Notes under the pieces: generated by a model | What the model was told of the DNA's origin: nothing | Databases searched by the model: none | Seen by the model: only the letters and a program-made list of their open reading frames with translations | DNA from: Candidatus Bathyarchaeota archaeon | GTDB lineage: Archaea; Thermoproteota; Bathyarchaeia; TCS64 | Direction of reading: 5' to 3' | NCBI GenBank assembly: GCA_013329615.1 | Contig: DUKA01000095.1 | Span: 1 to 36,613 of the forward strand | Length of the DNA: 36,613 nucleotides | Part shown: positions 1-8,581 of the stretch, in pieces | How the letters are laid out: each line of letters opens with the position of its first letter | Position numbering within the stretch: position 1 is the stretch's first letter | Made by a program: the position numbers and the translations under genes

Positions 1-233
1 CTGTGGTAGAGGCGATAGTTCCTCCCGGTCGGCAGCCCCTCTCCGAACTCGACCGCCGCCTCCCTCCCCTCGGGGGTGGACAGGAGGACGTTGCTGTTCG
101 GTCCAGTGATGCAGGGGCGCTCGGTGTGCCTTATGTGGATTATCGCCGGCTTACCCGGCTCAAGCCCCGCCGCACTCGTGAGGAGGCTGCGCGCCGACGC
201 AGCCCAGTCGACTCTGCCAAGAATACCCACCAT
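1..233 (-). CDS. Histidine phosphatase superfamily protein (N-terminal part; runs off window start)
   Basis: Manual translation from the ATG at 233: MVGILGRVDWAASARSLLTSAAGLEPGKPAIIHIRHTERPCITGPNSNVLLSTPEGREAAVEFGEGLPTGRNYRLYH. Contains an RH motif (IRHTER) and a T-x-EG-x-x-x-A-x-x-FG segment typical of the family. Not in the ORF track because it is truncated. Confidence 0.7.
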   Translation of the reverse strand, partial: MVGILGRVDWAASARSLLTSAAGLEPGKPAIIHIRHTERPCITGPNSNVLLSTPEGREAAVEFGEGLPTGRNYRLYH

Positions 234-370
234 GCAGAGGAATGGGGCGCCCTCAGTTTATCTAACCTACCCTACTCGTAGAAAATGCGTTTCATTGATC
301 ACGTATTTAAAAAAGAGTGATCAGTGGATTGCTCGGAGTGTTATATAGCAACGATAACTGGAGCAGCAGT

Positions 371-1348
371 CTACTCATAGAAGTCGGGCTTTGAAGCCCA
401 CGCCGGGTAGTCCACCTTCTTCAGCAGGGGTTTGTTCTTCGGCCACATGGGCTTCTGGAGGTAGGTGTAGCACTCGTTGCGGCTCTGCTGGAGGGTGTTG
501 TGGAGCTTCGTCGTCTTGCGGTACTCGCGGAGCTCGTCGATGTCGATGACTGCGCCGATGGTCATCTGGCGTCCCTTCGCGGCTACGGCGATGGGCCTGC
601 CCATAAAGTCGACTATCATGCTGTTGCCGTACTTCGCCTCGTTCGCGTTCACGCCGTAGACCATGTTCTCGATGCTCCTCATCTTGTTCACGACCGTGTA
701 CCAGTCGTATGGGTCGAACATGAGTTCCTGCGGGTAGGGTGGGAAGACTGTGGGCTTCATGATTACCTCGGCGCCGTTGAAGGCGAGCTGCCTCGCCACC
801 TCGGGGAAGAATTGGTCGTAGCAGACCATGCATGCGAGGTTGCCCAGCTCAGTCTTCGCCACGGGAAACAGTGGAGCCTTGTAGTCGTCGAGGACATCGT
901 GTGGGCTAGTCGTCAGCTCGAGGGGTATCCACGGGTTGATCTTTCTGTACTTGAGTATGATCTTGCCCTTGGGGTTCATGAGGAAAGCGGTGTTGAAGTA
1001 GTAGTCGGGGAACTCGGGGTCCCTCTCGTGGAGGCTGGCGGAGACGTATGTGCCCCACTTCTTCGCCATAACCGCGATGGCGTCCGTCTCAGGCCCCGGC
1101 ATCTCGATCGCCGTGGCCACGCGCATCTTCTGGTCCTGCCTCGGGTCCGCCTCGTTGTATTCGTGGCGCAGGATGTTCTCCGGGAAGACCGTCAGCTTCA
1201 CGGGTATCGTCTCCTCCCAAGTTTCGAGGCTCTGGAAGCTGGCGAGCACACGTTCGAGGTTTATCTTCTTGCGCGCATCGATGTCGGGGACCTCCTCCGG
1301 ATTGACACGCATGTACTGAACTATCGCGGCCGAGTAACGGTGGACCAT
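371..1348 (-). CDS. Carbon-nitrogen hydrolase (nitrilase superfamily)
   Basis: Glu-Lys-Cys triad motifs VFPE, YRKINP, MVCYDQFFPE; YFNTAFL and GNSMIVDFMG segments. Confidence 0.92.
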   Translation of the reverse strand: MVHRYSAAIVQYMRVNPEEVPDIDARKKINLERVLASFQSLETWEETIPVKLTVFPENILRHEYNEADPRQDQKMRVATAIEMPGPETDAIAVMAKKWGTYVSASLHERDPEFPDYYFNTAFLMNPKGKIILKYRKINPWIPLELTTSPHDVLDDYKAPLFPVAKTELGNLACMVCYDQFFPEVARQLAFNGAEVIMKPTVFPPYPQELMFDPYDWYTVVNKMRSIENMVYGVNANEAKYGNSMIVDFMGRPIAVAAKGRQMTIGAVIDIDELREYRKTTKLHNTLQQSRNECYTYLQKPMWPKNKPLLKKVDYPAWASKPDFYE

Positions 1349-1499
1349 GCTGTTTTCCCATCAGGGGCGAGCAGCTATTATTCCTTACGACATGTTTGTG
1401 TCAAAACGGTGCTCGAGTGCCCCGGTTGGGGCTACGTGACCGCGTGTGTGAAATCTTATACCCACCAACCGGGCATATCCAGCCCATCAGGTGCCGACG

Positions 1500-2699
1500 A
1501 TGACTAGAAGCAAGATGAAGAGGGACGACCAGCAGTGGGTCCTCGACTGGATAGTCAAGACGACGGGCAGGGTGCAGAACCTCGCCAACGACGAGCGCGA
1601 CCTCCCCAAGGAGGTCAAGTCGTACAGGATGATCCCGCGTGTCCTCTACAAGGAGGCGCGCCACATAGAGGGGATCGCGAAGGCCGCCGAGGCCGCGGGG
1701 CACACAGACACGGCGCGCCAACTCTACCGCAGGGCCAGCCAGGTCTACCACGAGGCCCAGCACAGCATCTTCGAGGACGACAACAAGGAGAAGATATTCC
1801 TGCACAGCAAGCACATCGAGTGCGCCGACAAGGTCGCCGCCTACGCCGACTACCCAATCGAAAAGGTGGAGATACCATGGGAGGGCGTCCAGATACAGGG
1901 CCGCTTCCACCTGCTCAGGGACAGGCGCAAGGCACCCGCCGTCCTCTTCCTCCCCGGCATGGACATGACCAAAGAGGCGTTCCCCAACCCCCTCGCCAAC
2001 CCCTTCCTCCGCCGCGGCATGCACGTCCTCAGCATCGACGGCCCGGGGCAGGGCATGAGCAACATACGCAAGATCAGGGTCAGCGACGACAACTACGAGC
2101 GCGCCGCGATGGCGGCGATCGACTGGCTCGTCTCCCGTCCCGAGGTCGACCCGACGCAGATAGTGATCTCGGGCATCAGCTTCGGCTGCCACTGGGGCGT
2201 CAGAACGGCTGCGATCGATAAGCGTGTCCGCGCCCTCGCCACCACCTACGCCGTCGTCGGCCCCAAGAAGGCCATCTTCGGCGAAGCGTCCCCACGCTTC
2301 AAGCAGATGTTCATGTACATGGCCGGCCAAACCGACGAGGCCGAGTTCGACGCCATGGCGGAGAAGATGGACACCGCGGGCTTCGCCGAGAGGATCAACT
2401 GCCCCACACTCCTCACAATGGGCGAATACGACCCCCTCTGCCACCTAGAAGCAGCGGTTGACTTCTTCGACGAACTGAAATGCCCCAAGGAGCTCTGGGT
2501 CCTCGAGAACGAGTTCCACCGCATAAGCCTGCGCGAGGGCATCGGCGGCATCGAGATCTACCCATACATCGCCGACTGGCTCCGCGACGAGCTCGACGGC
2601 AAGCACCCCAAGACCCTCAACAAGACCATACTCGTGAAGCAGAAGAGCGGCCTCGGCCCATACGAGGCGCCCACCGACTCGCTGAACATACCCCGTTAA
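1500..2699 (+). CDS. Alpha/beta hydrolase, FrsA / 2,6-dihydroxypseudooxynicotine hydrolase-like
   Basis: PGMDMTKE, SIDGPGQG, nucleophile elbow GISFG, GEYDPL and EFH motifs. Start taken at ATG 1500 (GTG 1491 or ATG 1515 possible). Confidence 0.85.
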   Translation: MTRSKMKRDDQQWVLDWIVKTTGRVQNLANDERDLPKEVKSYRMIPRVLYKEARHIEGIAKAAEAAGHTDTARQLYRRASQVYHEAQHSIFEDDNKEKIFLHSKHIECADKVAAYADYPIEKVEIPWEGVQIQGRFHLLRDRRKAPAVLFLPGMDMTKEAFPNPLANPFLRRGMHVLSIDGPGQGMSNIRKIRVSDDNYERAAMAAIDWLVSRPEVDPTQIVISGISFGCHWGVRTAAIDKRVRALATTYAVVGPKKAIFGEASPRFKQMFMYMAGQTDEAEFDAMAEKMDTAGFAERINCPTLLTMGEYDPLCHLEAAVDFFDELKCPKELWVLENEFHRISLREGIGGIEIYPYIADWLRDELDGKHPKTLNKTILVKQKSGLGPYEAPTDSLNIPR

Positions 2700-3343
2700 G
2701 CCTTCACGCGGTAGAGCTTGGCGCGTGCCACGCTCCCCACCTCTTCTATCAACCCCATCTTGGCGAGACAATAGACCATCCGACGGGCGAGAGTAATCCT
2801 AAGCTTCGAGGACTTGCTCAGTTGCCGTGCCGTGAATGCGCCGTTCATCTCGGGGAGCAGGCGCAGGTAGTCGGCGGGCTTCTCGAAGACCTCCCTGCCC
2901 ACGACCTCGACGAGGTGCCTCTCGGTCACCGTGTACCGCGTCCTCCTCTTCCCCCTCCACCTGACCGCCTGCGCCTCCTCGGCGTGGACCATCAACACCT
3001 CGAGGGAGAAGTTGGGGTCGAGGGGAAGCGTCGGGCAGTAGACGAGCTCGTTGAAGACCTCCTCGACGCGCCCCACGCGGGGGGAGACCCGGCGCCGCCG
3101 TTTACCGTCAACATCCCTGATTATCCAGCGCCTCTCCGGCACCGGGTGGACGAGCCTGACCCTATACCCTTTCAACAGCTTCGCCAGCTTCGCCCTAATC
3201 TGGGGGAAGTTCCCAGTCTGAATCTCTATGAGCAAGTCGCCGCGGATGATGTCGGCGCGGTACCCCCAGACGGTGCCCTCGACGAGGTCCCCCGGCTCAC
3301 GCAGCCACTCCTTCAACTCGGCGTGGAGACCCCTCTCAGGCAT
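2696..3343 (-). CDS. Putative PD-(D/E)XK nuclease-fold protein with C-terminal winged-helix-like segment
   Basis: LHAELK...YRADIIRGDLLIEIQTGNF (D...E-x-Q motif); C-terminal FTARQL...ARRMVYCLAKMGLI. Confidence 0.65.
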   Translation of the reverse strand: MPERGLHAELKEWLREPGDLVEGTVWGYRADIIRGDLLIEIQTGNFPQIRAKLAKLLKGYRVRLVHPVPERRWIIRDVDGKRRRRVSPRVGRVEEVFNELVYCPTLPLDPNFSLEVLMVHAEEAQAVRWRGKRRTRYTVTERHLVEVVGREVFEKPADYLRLLPEMNGAFTARQLSKSSKLRITLARRMVYCLAKMGLIEEVGSVARAKLYRVKA

Positions 3344-3564
3344 GGATACAAAAACCAGCCTTGAGAAATATAACTGAGATCAAGCGAGAAAAACCAACGA
3401 CATAGACCCTTTTTTCTCGATAAGCCTAGCCACGGCTACAAGCCAAACAAATTTTTTTTGGTTATGCTATGCTACGCACGCAAACAATTTTTTTTCGAGC
3501 CATCATATGAGAAGCAAACAAGCCCGTCAATCCAGCTACGGACGTGGAAATGATGGAAAAAAGG

Positions 3565-3811
3565 TTATGACCGGTAAGAGGTTATCTTATAACCAGCCAC
3601 AGATGTAGGAAAGCGAAAATTTTCCCAAAAACTCAACGATCCAAGAAGACTCGAATCCAGACCCCCACGCCGAATCGAAAAAACGCGTTTTTCCCTTATC
3701 ACCGGTAGCAGGAGATAATCACCCAGCCACAGCGAAAACTCCCGTAGAGCCCACACCAAGCCACAGAAGCGGAAACGACGAATTTCCGAGGAAACTAAAC
3801 GATCCAAGAAG
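3565..3811. repeat. Imperfect intergenic direct repeats
   Basis: AGCCACAGA...AACGATCCAAGAAG occurs at 3595-3648 and 3759-3811 (14-bp exact ending). TTAT(G/C)ACCGGTA...CCAGCCACAG occurs at 3565-3602 and 3696-3732. Confidence 0.6.
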
Positions 3812-3817
3812 GAGGGG

Positions 3818-4816
3818 CTACTTCTCGAGCCCGCTCATCTTCCTGATCTGCCTGCCGACCTTCTCGATCTCGAGCCCGTCGACCTCCTCCATGAGCGCCT
3901 TGAAGTTCTTGGAGCCGCCCTTGTACTCGGCCATCCAGTCCTTTGCGAACTTGCCGCTCTGGACATCCTTCAGCACCTTCCTCATGTTCTCCTCGACACG
4001 GTCGTCGACGATCACAGGCCCAACGGTGAGGCCGCCCCACTTCGCCGTGTCGCTCACGGCGCGGTACATGCCCCCGATGCCCGACGTATAGATCAAGTCA
4101 ACGATCAGCTTGAGCTCATTACAGACCTCAAAGTACGCCAACTCGGGCGGGTAACCCGCGTCGACCAACACCTTGAAGCCGCGGCGGATGAGCTGATCCG
4201 CGCCTCCGCAGAGGACAGCCTGCTCACCGAATAGGTCCTCCTCAGTCTCGTCCTTAAACGATGTCTCGAGGACACCCGCCTTGCCGCTACCAAGCGCCTT
4301 GGCGATCGCGAGGGCCGTCTGCAGCGCCTTGCCCGACGCGTCCTGCTGGACGCTGACGAGCGCCGGCACACCGAAACCCGCCTCATACTGACGGCGAAGC
4401 TCCGCGCCGGGGCTCTTCGGGGCGACCATGATGACGTCCACATCCTTCGGCGGCTTGATGGCACCGTAGAGGATGTTGAAGCCGTGTGCGAACTGGAGCG
4501 TCTTGCCCTTCTTCATAGCGAGGGCGACCTCCTCCTTCCACACCGTGGGCTGTGCCATGTCGGGGACAAGCATCAGCACGATGTCCCCCTTCTGCGCCGC
4601 CTCGAGGACCGTCGTCACCTTGACGCCGTCAGCCTCGGCCTTCTTCCAGCTCTTGCCACCCGGGCGGAGACCGACGACCACGTCGACCCCGCTGTCCTTC
4701 ATGTTAAGGGCCTGTGCCCTGCCCTGGCTTCCGTAGCCGATCACGGCGACGGTCTTACCCTTCAACGCCTTGTCGTCTATGTCCTTCTCGTGGTATACCT
4801 TCACCAATGCATTCAC
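3818..4816 (-). CDS. ilvC: Ketol-acid reductoisomerase
   Basis: GYGSQG, GLRPGGKSW, FAHGFNI, VAPKSPG, DLFGEQAVLCGG, AYFE, SDTAKWG. Exact start (4816/4807/4804) uncertain. Confidence 0.98.
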   Translation of the reverse strand: MNALVKVYHEKDIDDKALKGKTVAVIGYGSQGRAQALNMKDSGVDVVVGLRPGGKSWKKAEADGVKVTTVLEAAQKGDIVLMLVPDMAQPTVWKEEVALAMKKGKTLQFAHGFNILYGAIKPPKDVDVIMVAPKSPGAELRRQYEAGFGVPALVSVQQDASGKALQTALAIAKALGSGKAGVLETSFKDETEEDLFGEQAVLCGGADQLIRRGFKVLVDAGYPPELAYFEVCNELKLIVDLIYTSGIGGMYRAVSDTAKWGGLTVGPVIVDDRVEENMRKVLKDVQSGKFAKDWMAEYKGGSKNFKALMEEVDGLEIEKVGRQIRKMSGLEK

Positions 4817-5313
4817 TTCTCCAGCTTGAGCCGCCCCTTCTCTATGGCGGTCACACCCGTCCTCGACACCTCCTCCACCCCTATCGGGGTCACGGCGGCG
4901 AGGAACGCGTCTATATCCGCAGACTCACCCGTGACCTCGGCTATAAGGTTGTCCGGCTCGATGTTCAGAATCAGCCCGTGGTAGTCGTTTACCAACTTCA
5001 ATGCCTCCTCCCTCGCCATCGGGTCGGTGGTCGTGAGCTTCACGAGTGCGAGCTCCCTGTTGACTGCACGGAGCGGGTCAAGGCGCTTCACCTCGATCAC
5101 GTCCACCATCTTGTCGAGCTGCTCGACCACCTGATTGACGCCCCGGGCGTCCGCCTGAACGACGATGGTTATCCTTACCGTGTCGTCGTCAAGCACCGTC
5201 CCCGCCGTGATGCTATGGATGTTGAAGTTCTTCCGCCTAAACATGTTGCTGATGTTGAACAGCACACCCGGCCTGTTCTCGACGAGGAACGCGACTACAT
5301 GCATCTCACTCAT
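4813..5313 (-). CDS. ilvH: Acetolactate synthase small (regulatory) subunit
   Basis: ACT domain VENRPGVL...FRRKNFNI...QLDKMVDV; RELALVKL; lies between ilvB and ilvC. Confidence 0.96.
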   Translation of the reverse strand: MSEMHVVAFLVENRPGVLFNISNMFRRKNFNIHSITAGTVLDDDTVRITIVVQADARGVNQVVEQLDKMVDVIEVKRLDPLRAVNRELALVKLTTTDPMAREEALKLVNDYHGLILNIEPDNLIAEVTGESADIDAFLAAVTPIGVEEVSRTGVTAIEKGRLKLEK

Positions 5314-5315
5314 TT

Positions 5316-7007
5316 TTATGCCTCCAGCAGCGCGTCCTTGAGCCCCGCACCCGGCGGAACTATGGGGTACACGTTCTCCTCTGGGTCTATTGGTACATCG
5401 ATGACTGTCGAGACGTCGCTCTTTATGGCGCGCCTGACGGCGGCCTGGAAGCCTTCGAGGGTGTCGACCCTGACTCCCTCAGCCCCGTACGCCTCTGCGA
5501 GCTTCACCATGTCAGGGTTGCCCTTGAGCTTAACCGCGGAGTAGCGGTGGTCGAAGAAAAGGCGCTGCCACTGCGCGACCATGCCGAGCATGTGATTGTT
5601 GAGCACGACGACGACCACGGGGAGGTCCTCCTCGATGCTCGTCGCCATGCTGTTCTCGGTCATGCCGAAGCTTCCGTCGCCCGCGATGTCGACGACGGGG
5701 ACGTCGGGCCTCGCCGCCTTGACGCCTATCGCGGCTGGGAAGCCCCAGCCCATCGTGCCTAGGCCGCCGCTCGTGAAGAATGTGCGTGGGTCGTATGCGT
5801 CGTAGTGTAGCGCCGCCCACATCTGGCACTGGCCGACCTCCGTAGTGACTATCGCCTCGCGTGGGAGAGCGTTACGCAGCGTCTTGACGACGTCGGGTGC
5901 CCTGAGGTAGCCCTCCTTGTGCCCGTTGCCGGTGCCATTCATCTGGAGGCGGAACTCGGAGACCCTCTTGCTCCACTGGGAGCCGGCGTCGCCGCTGGCG
6001 CGTAGCTTGCTCACGTTGTAGAGCAGACCGCGCAGGCCGAGGCTGGCGTCTCCGACGACGCGTGTCACGGTCTCCACGTTCTTGTCTATCTCGCTCCTGT
6101 CGATGTCGAGGTGGATGACCTTCGCGTTTGGCGCGAAGCTCTTCACGGAGCCTGTCGTCCTGTCGCTGAGGCGCGCCCCGGCGATTAGGAGCACATCCGC
6201 CTCTGGGACGAGGTTGTTCGCCGCCTGCGTGCCATGCATGCCGCACAGGCCGAGGCTGAGCGGGTGGTCAGCGGGGAACGCGCCCTTGCCCATTAGTGTT
6301 GTTGCGGTTGGTGCCATAAGGTACTCGCATAGGGCGACCAGCTCGCGGCTCGCGCCGGAGTTGATGATGCCGCCGCCGGCGACCACGACGGGTCTCTGCG
6401 CCTTCGCTAGCAGGTTCGCCGCCCACTCCACCTCGCGCGGGTCGGGCTGGTAGTTGGGGTGGTAGCCCCTGAGCTTGACGGTCTCGGGGAAGCTGACGTC
6501 CTCCACATCCGTGGTGACGTCCTTGGGCAGGTCGACGAGGACCGCGCCCCGCCGCCCCGTCGAGGCGATCTGGAAGGCGGTCTTGACCGCTTTCGGTATC
6601 TCACTTGCCTTCCTGACCTGCATGTTGTACTTGGTGACGGAGGCGCTGCACCCGATGATGTCGACCTCCTGGAAGGCGTCTGTGCCGATGGTGGCGCGTG
6701 TGACCTGCCCCGTGAAGGCGACGACGGCACTCGAGTCGCTGTGTGCGGTAGCGATGCCGGTGACGACGTTTGTCGCGCCAGGTCCCGAGGTGGCGAGACA
6801 GACCCCGACTCCGCCCGTCGCGCGGGCGTAGCCGTCAGCCATGTGAGCGGCCCCCTGCTCGTGCCGCGCCAGGATGAACCTGAAGTCTCCGTTTAGTATC
6901 TCGTCGCAGAGCGGGATGACGACCCCGCCGGGGAGCCCGAAAACGTATTTGACACCCTCCAATTCGAGGGACTTCACGAATGCCTTTGTGCCAGCCATCT
7001 CAACCAT
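5316..7007 (-). CDS. ilvB: Acetolactate synthase large subunit
   Basis: FGLPGG, RHEQGAAHMADGYAR, TSGPGATN, GTDAFQE, SGGLGTMG, ThDP motif GDGSF...NN. Start set at ATG 7007 (MVEMAG) from SD spacing and alignment with the paralogue (MTEMTG). Confidence 0.97.
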   Translation of the reverse strand: MVEMAGTKAFVKSLELEGVKYVFGLPGGVVIPLCDEILNGDFRFILARHEQGAAHMADGYARATGGVGVCLATSGPGATNVVTGIATAHSDSSAVVAFTGQVTRATIGTDAFQEVDIIGCSASVTKYNMQVRKASEIPKAVKTAFQIASTGRRGAVLVDLPKDVTTDVEDVSFPETVKLRGYHPNYQPDPREVEWAANLLAKAQRPVVVAGGGIINSGASRELVALCEYLMAPTATTLMGKGAFPADHPLSLGLCGMHGTQAANNLVPEADVLLIAGARLSDRTTGSVKSFAPNAKVIHLDIDRSEIDKNVETVTRVVGDASLGLRGLLYNVSKLRASGDAGSQWSKRVSEFRLQMNGTGNGHKEGYLRAPDVVKTLRNALPREAIVTTEVGQCQMWAALHYDAYDPRTFFTSGGLGTMGWGFPAAIGVKAARPDVPVVDIAGDGSFGMTENSMATSIEEDLPVVVVVLNNHMLGMVAQWQRLFFDHRYSAVKLKGNPDMVKLAEAYGAEGVRVDTLEGFQAAVRRAIKSDVSTVIDVPIDPEENVYPIVPPGAGLKDALLEA

Positions 7008-7105
7008 AGACATGCGCCTCCAAAGAGTAGAATCGGGTACCAAGCCATGCAGCTTGATCCTTTGCGGAACTCACTACAAACTGTTTAGACTCACTCGGGG
7101 TAGAG

Positions 7106-7129
7106 CTACCGAATAAAGCGATACCCCAT
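7106..7129 (-). CDS. Candidate leader uORF2 of ilvB operon (MGYRFIR)
   Basis: ATG GGG TAT CGC TTT ATT CGG TAG directly follows the uORF1 stop; same length and position as 33068-33091. Confidence 0.55.
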   Translation of the reverse strand: MGYRFIR

Positions 7130-7174
7130 CTACGCCACCCTCCACTCGGCGGCCATGATAAAGCGATACCCCAT
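7113..7174. repeat. 17-bp perfect direct repeat, 45-bp period
   Basis: ATAAAGCGATACCCCAT at 7113-7129 and 7158-7174. Confidence 0.95.
7130..7174 (-). CDS. Candidate leader uORF1 of ilvB operon (MGYRFIMAAEWRVA)
   Basis: 14 codons + TAG, preceded by SD-like GGAGATTGGTG; same length and position as 33023-33067. Confidence 0.55.
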   Translation of the reverse strand: MGYRFIMAAEWRVA

Positions 7175-7218
7175 GACACCAATCTCCAAACGGTATGTAG
7201 GGGGAAGAGCGGCGGCAC

Positions 7219-7233
7219 CGAATAAAAGGTTTG
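7219..7233 (-). promoter_or_regulatory. BRE/TATA-like promoter of ilvB leader
   Basis: Minus strand CAAACCTTTTATTCG, nearly identical to CAAACCTTTTTATTCG at 32962-32977; 44 nt upstream of the uORF1 ATG. Confidence 0.65.
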
Positions 7234-7317
7234 TGAAAATATTCGGGACACACACATTTGGCTCAGTTACCCTTAACACCACCCACCGACCGATCCTACA
7301 CCGTAGAGTTGAGCCCA

Positions 7318-8538
7318 ATGAGTAAGATGACGCACCTAGAATGCTCGAAGTGTGGCACGCGCCACGACGCGGATCAGCTACAGACGGTCTGCAAGAAGTG
7401 CGGCAAGCCACTCTTCCCACGATACGACCTCGAGGCGGCGAAGGAGACGCTCACGAAGCGGGAACTCGTGGGCAGGGTCGCCTCGATGTGGAGGTACAGG
7501 GAGATACTCCCAGTCAGGAAGGCGGAGAACGTCGTCACCCTAGGCGAGGGCTGGACGCCACTCACCCCGACCCCGAAGCTCGGGGAGACGCTCGGCCTCA
7601 AGAACCTCAGGGTGAAGGACGAGGGTATCATCCCGACTGGCAGCTTCAAGGCGAGGGGCCTCAGCGCAGCCATAAGCAAGGCGAAGGAGCTAGGCGTCAA
7701 GCGCGTCGCCCTGCCCTCCGCCGGAAACGCGGCGGGCGCCATGGCCACCTACGGTGCACGCGCCGGCATGGAAGTCTACGTCTTCATGCCCGAGGACGCC
7801 CCCAACGTCAACGCAGTCGAATCCGACATCGTCGGCGCCAAGGTCGTCCTAGTCAAGGGACTCATAAGCGACGCCGGAAAACTCGTCAAAGACGGCACAC
7901 AAGAGATGGGCTGGTTCAGCGTCGCCACCCTAGGGGAGCCATACAGGGTCGAGGGAAAGAAGACCATGGGGCTCGAGGTCGCGGAGCAGCTCGACTGGAA
8001 GCTGCCCGACGTCATCATCTACCCCACCGGCGGAGGAACCGGCATCATCGGCATGTGGAAGGTCTTCGACGAACTCGAGGAGATGGGGTGGATAGGCAGC
8101 GAGCGCCCACGTATGGTGAGCGTTCAAGCGGAGGGCTGCAGTCCCGTCATCAAGGCGTATAGGGAGGGCAAGGAGGAGAGTGAGTTCTTCACCGGGGCGA
8201 ACACGGTCGCCGCCGGGCTGCGCGTCCCCAAGGCGCTCGGAGACTTCCTCATACTCAAGGCGGTCCGCGAGAGCGGGGGAGAAGCCATCTCCGTCACCGA
8301 CGACGAACTGATGGCGGATGTGCGCCTGATAAGCCGCCTAGAGGGCATATTCGCGTGCCCCGAGGGTGCAGCCACCATCTCCGCCCTACGTAAGATGGTA
8401 GAACAGGGCAAAGTCGACAGGGACGAACGCGTCGTACTCTTCAACACCGGCTCCGGGCTGAAGTACACCGACCTCTTCAAGGTCAAGGCGATCGTAGCCG
8501 ACCCGAAGAAGCCCTTCGACTACAACACCCTCAAGTAG
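7318..8538 (+). CDS. thrC: Threonine synthase
   Basis: N-terminal CxxC...CxxC, SMWRYR, LGEGWTPL, PLP lysine PTGSFKARG, SAGNA, EGKKTMG, PTGGGTG, FNTGSGLK. Confidence 0.93.
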   Translation: MSKMTHLECSKCGTRHDADQLQTVCKKCGKPLFPRYDLEAAKETLTKRELVGRVASMWRYREILPVRKAENVVTLGEGWTPLTPTPKLGETLGLKNLRVKDEGIIPTGSFKARGLSAAISKAKELGVKRVALPSAGNAAGAMATYGARAGMEVYVFMPEDAPNVNAVESDIVGAKVVLVKGLISDAGKLVKDGTQEMGWFSVATLGEPYRVEGKKTMGLEVAEQLDWKLPDVIIYPTGGGTGIIGMWKVFDELEEMGWIGSERPRMVSVQAEGCSPVIKAYREGKEESEFFTGANTVAAGLRVPKALGDFLILKAVRESGGEAISVTDDELMADVRLISRLEGIFACPEGAATISALRKMVEQGKVDRDERVVLFNTGSGLKYTDLFKVKAIVADPKKPFDYNTLK

Positions 8539-8581
8539 CAAGGCTTATCCCAGCCGAGCCACACCCCTGACGCGATTCGCC

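Noticed and set aside
3..348. Plus-strand ORFs 3-281 and 76-348
   Set aside because: They overlap the minus-strand histidine-phosphatase-like frame, which has real motifs.
1401..2444. Long antisense ORFs (also 500-1507, 2480-3364, 16840-17988, 30456-31184 and others)
   Set aside because: Shadow frames of well-supported genes in GC-rich DNA with no recognisable motifs.
7113..7174. Direct repeats as a mini-CRISPR array
   Set aside because: Only two 17-bp copies and no cas genes; better explained as tandem uORF starts.
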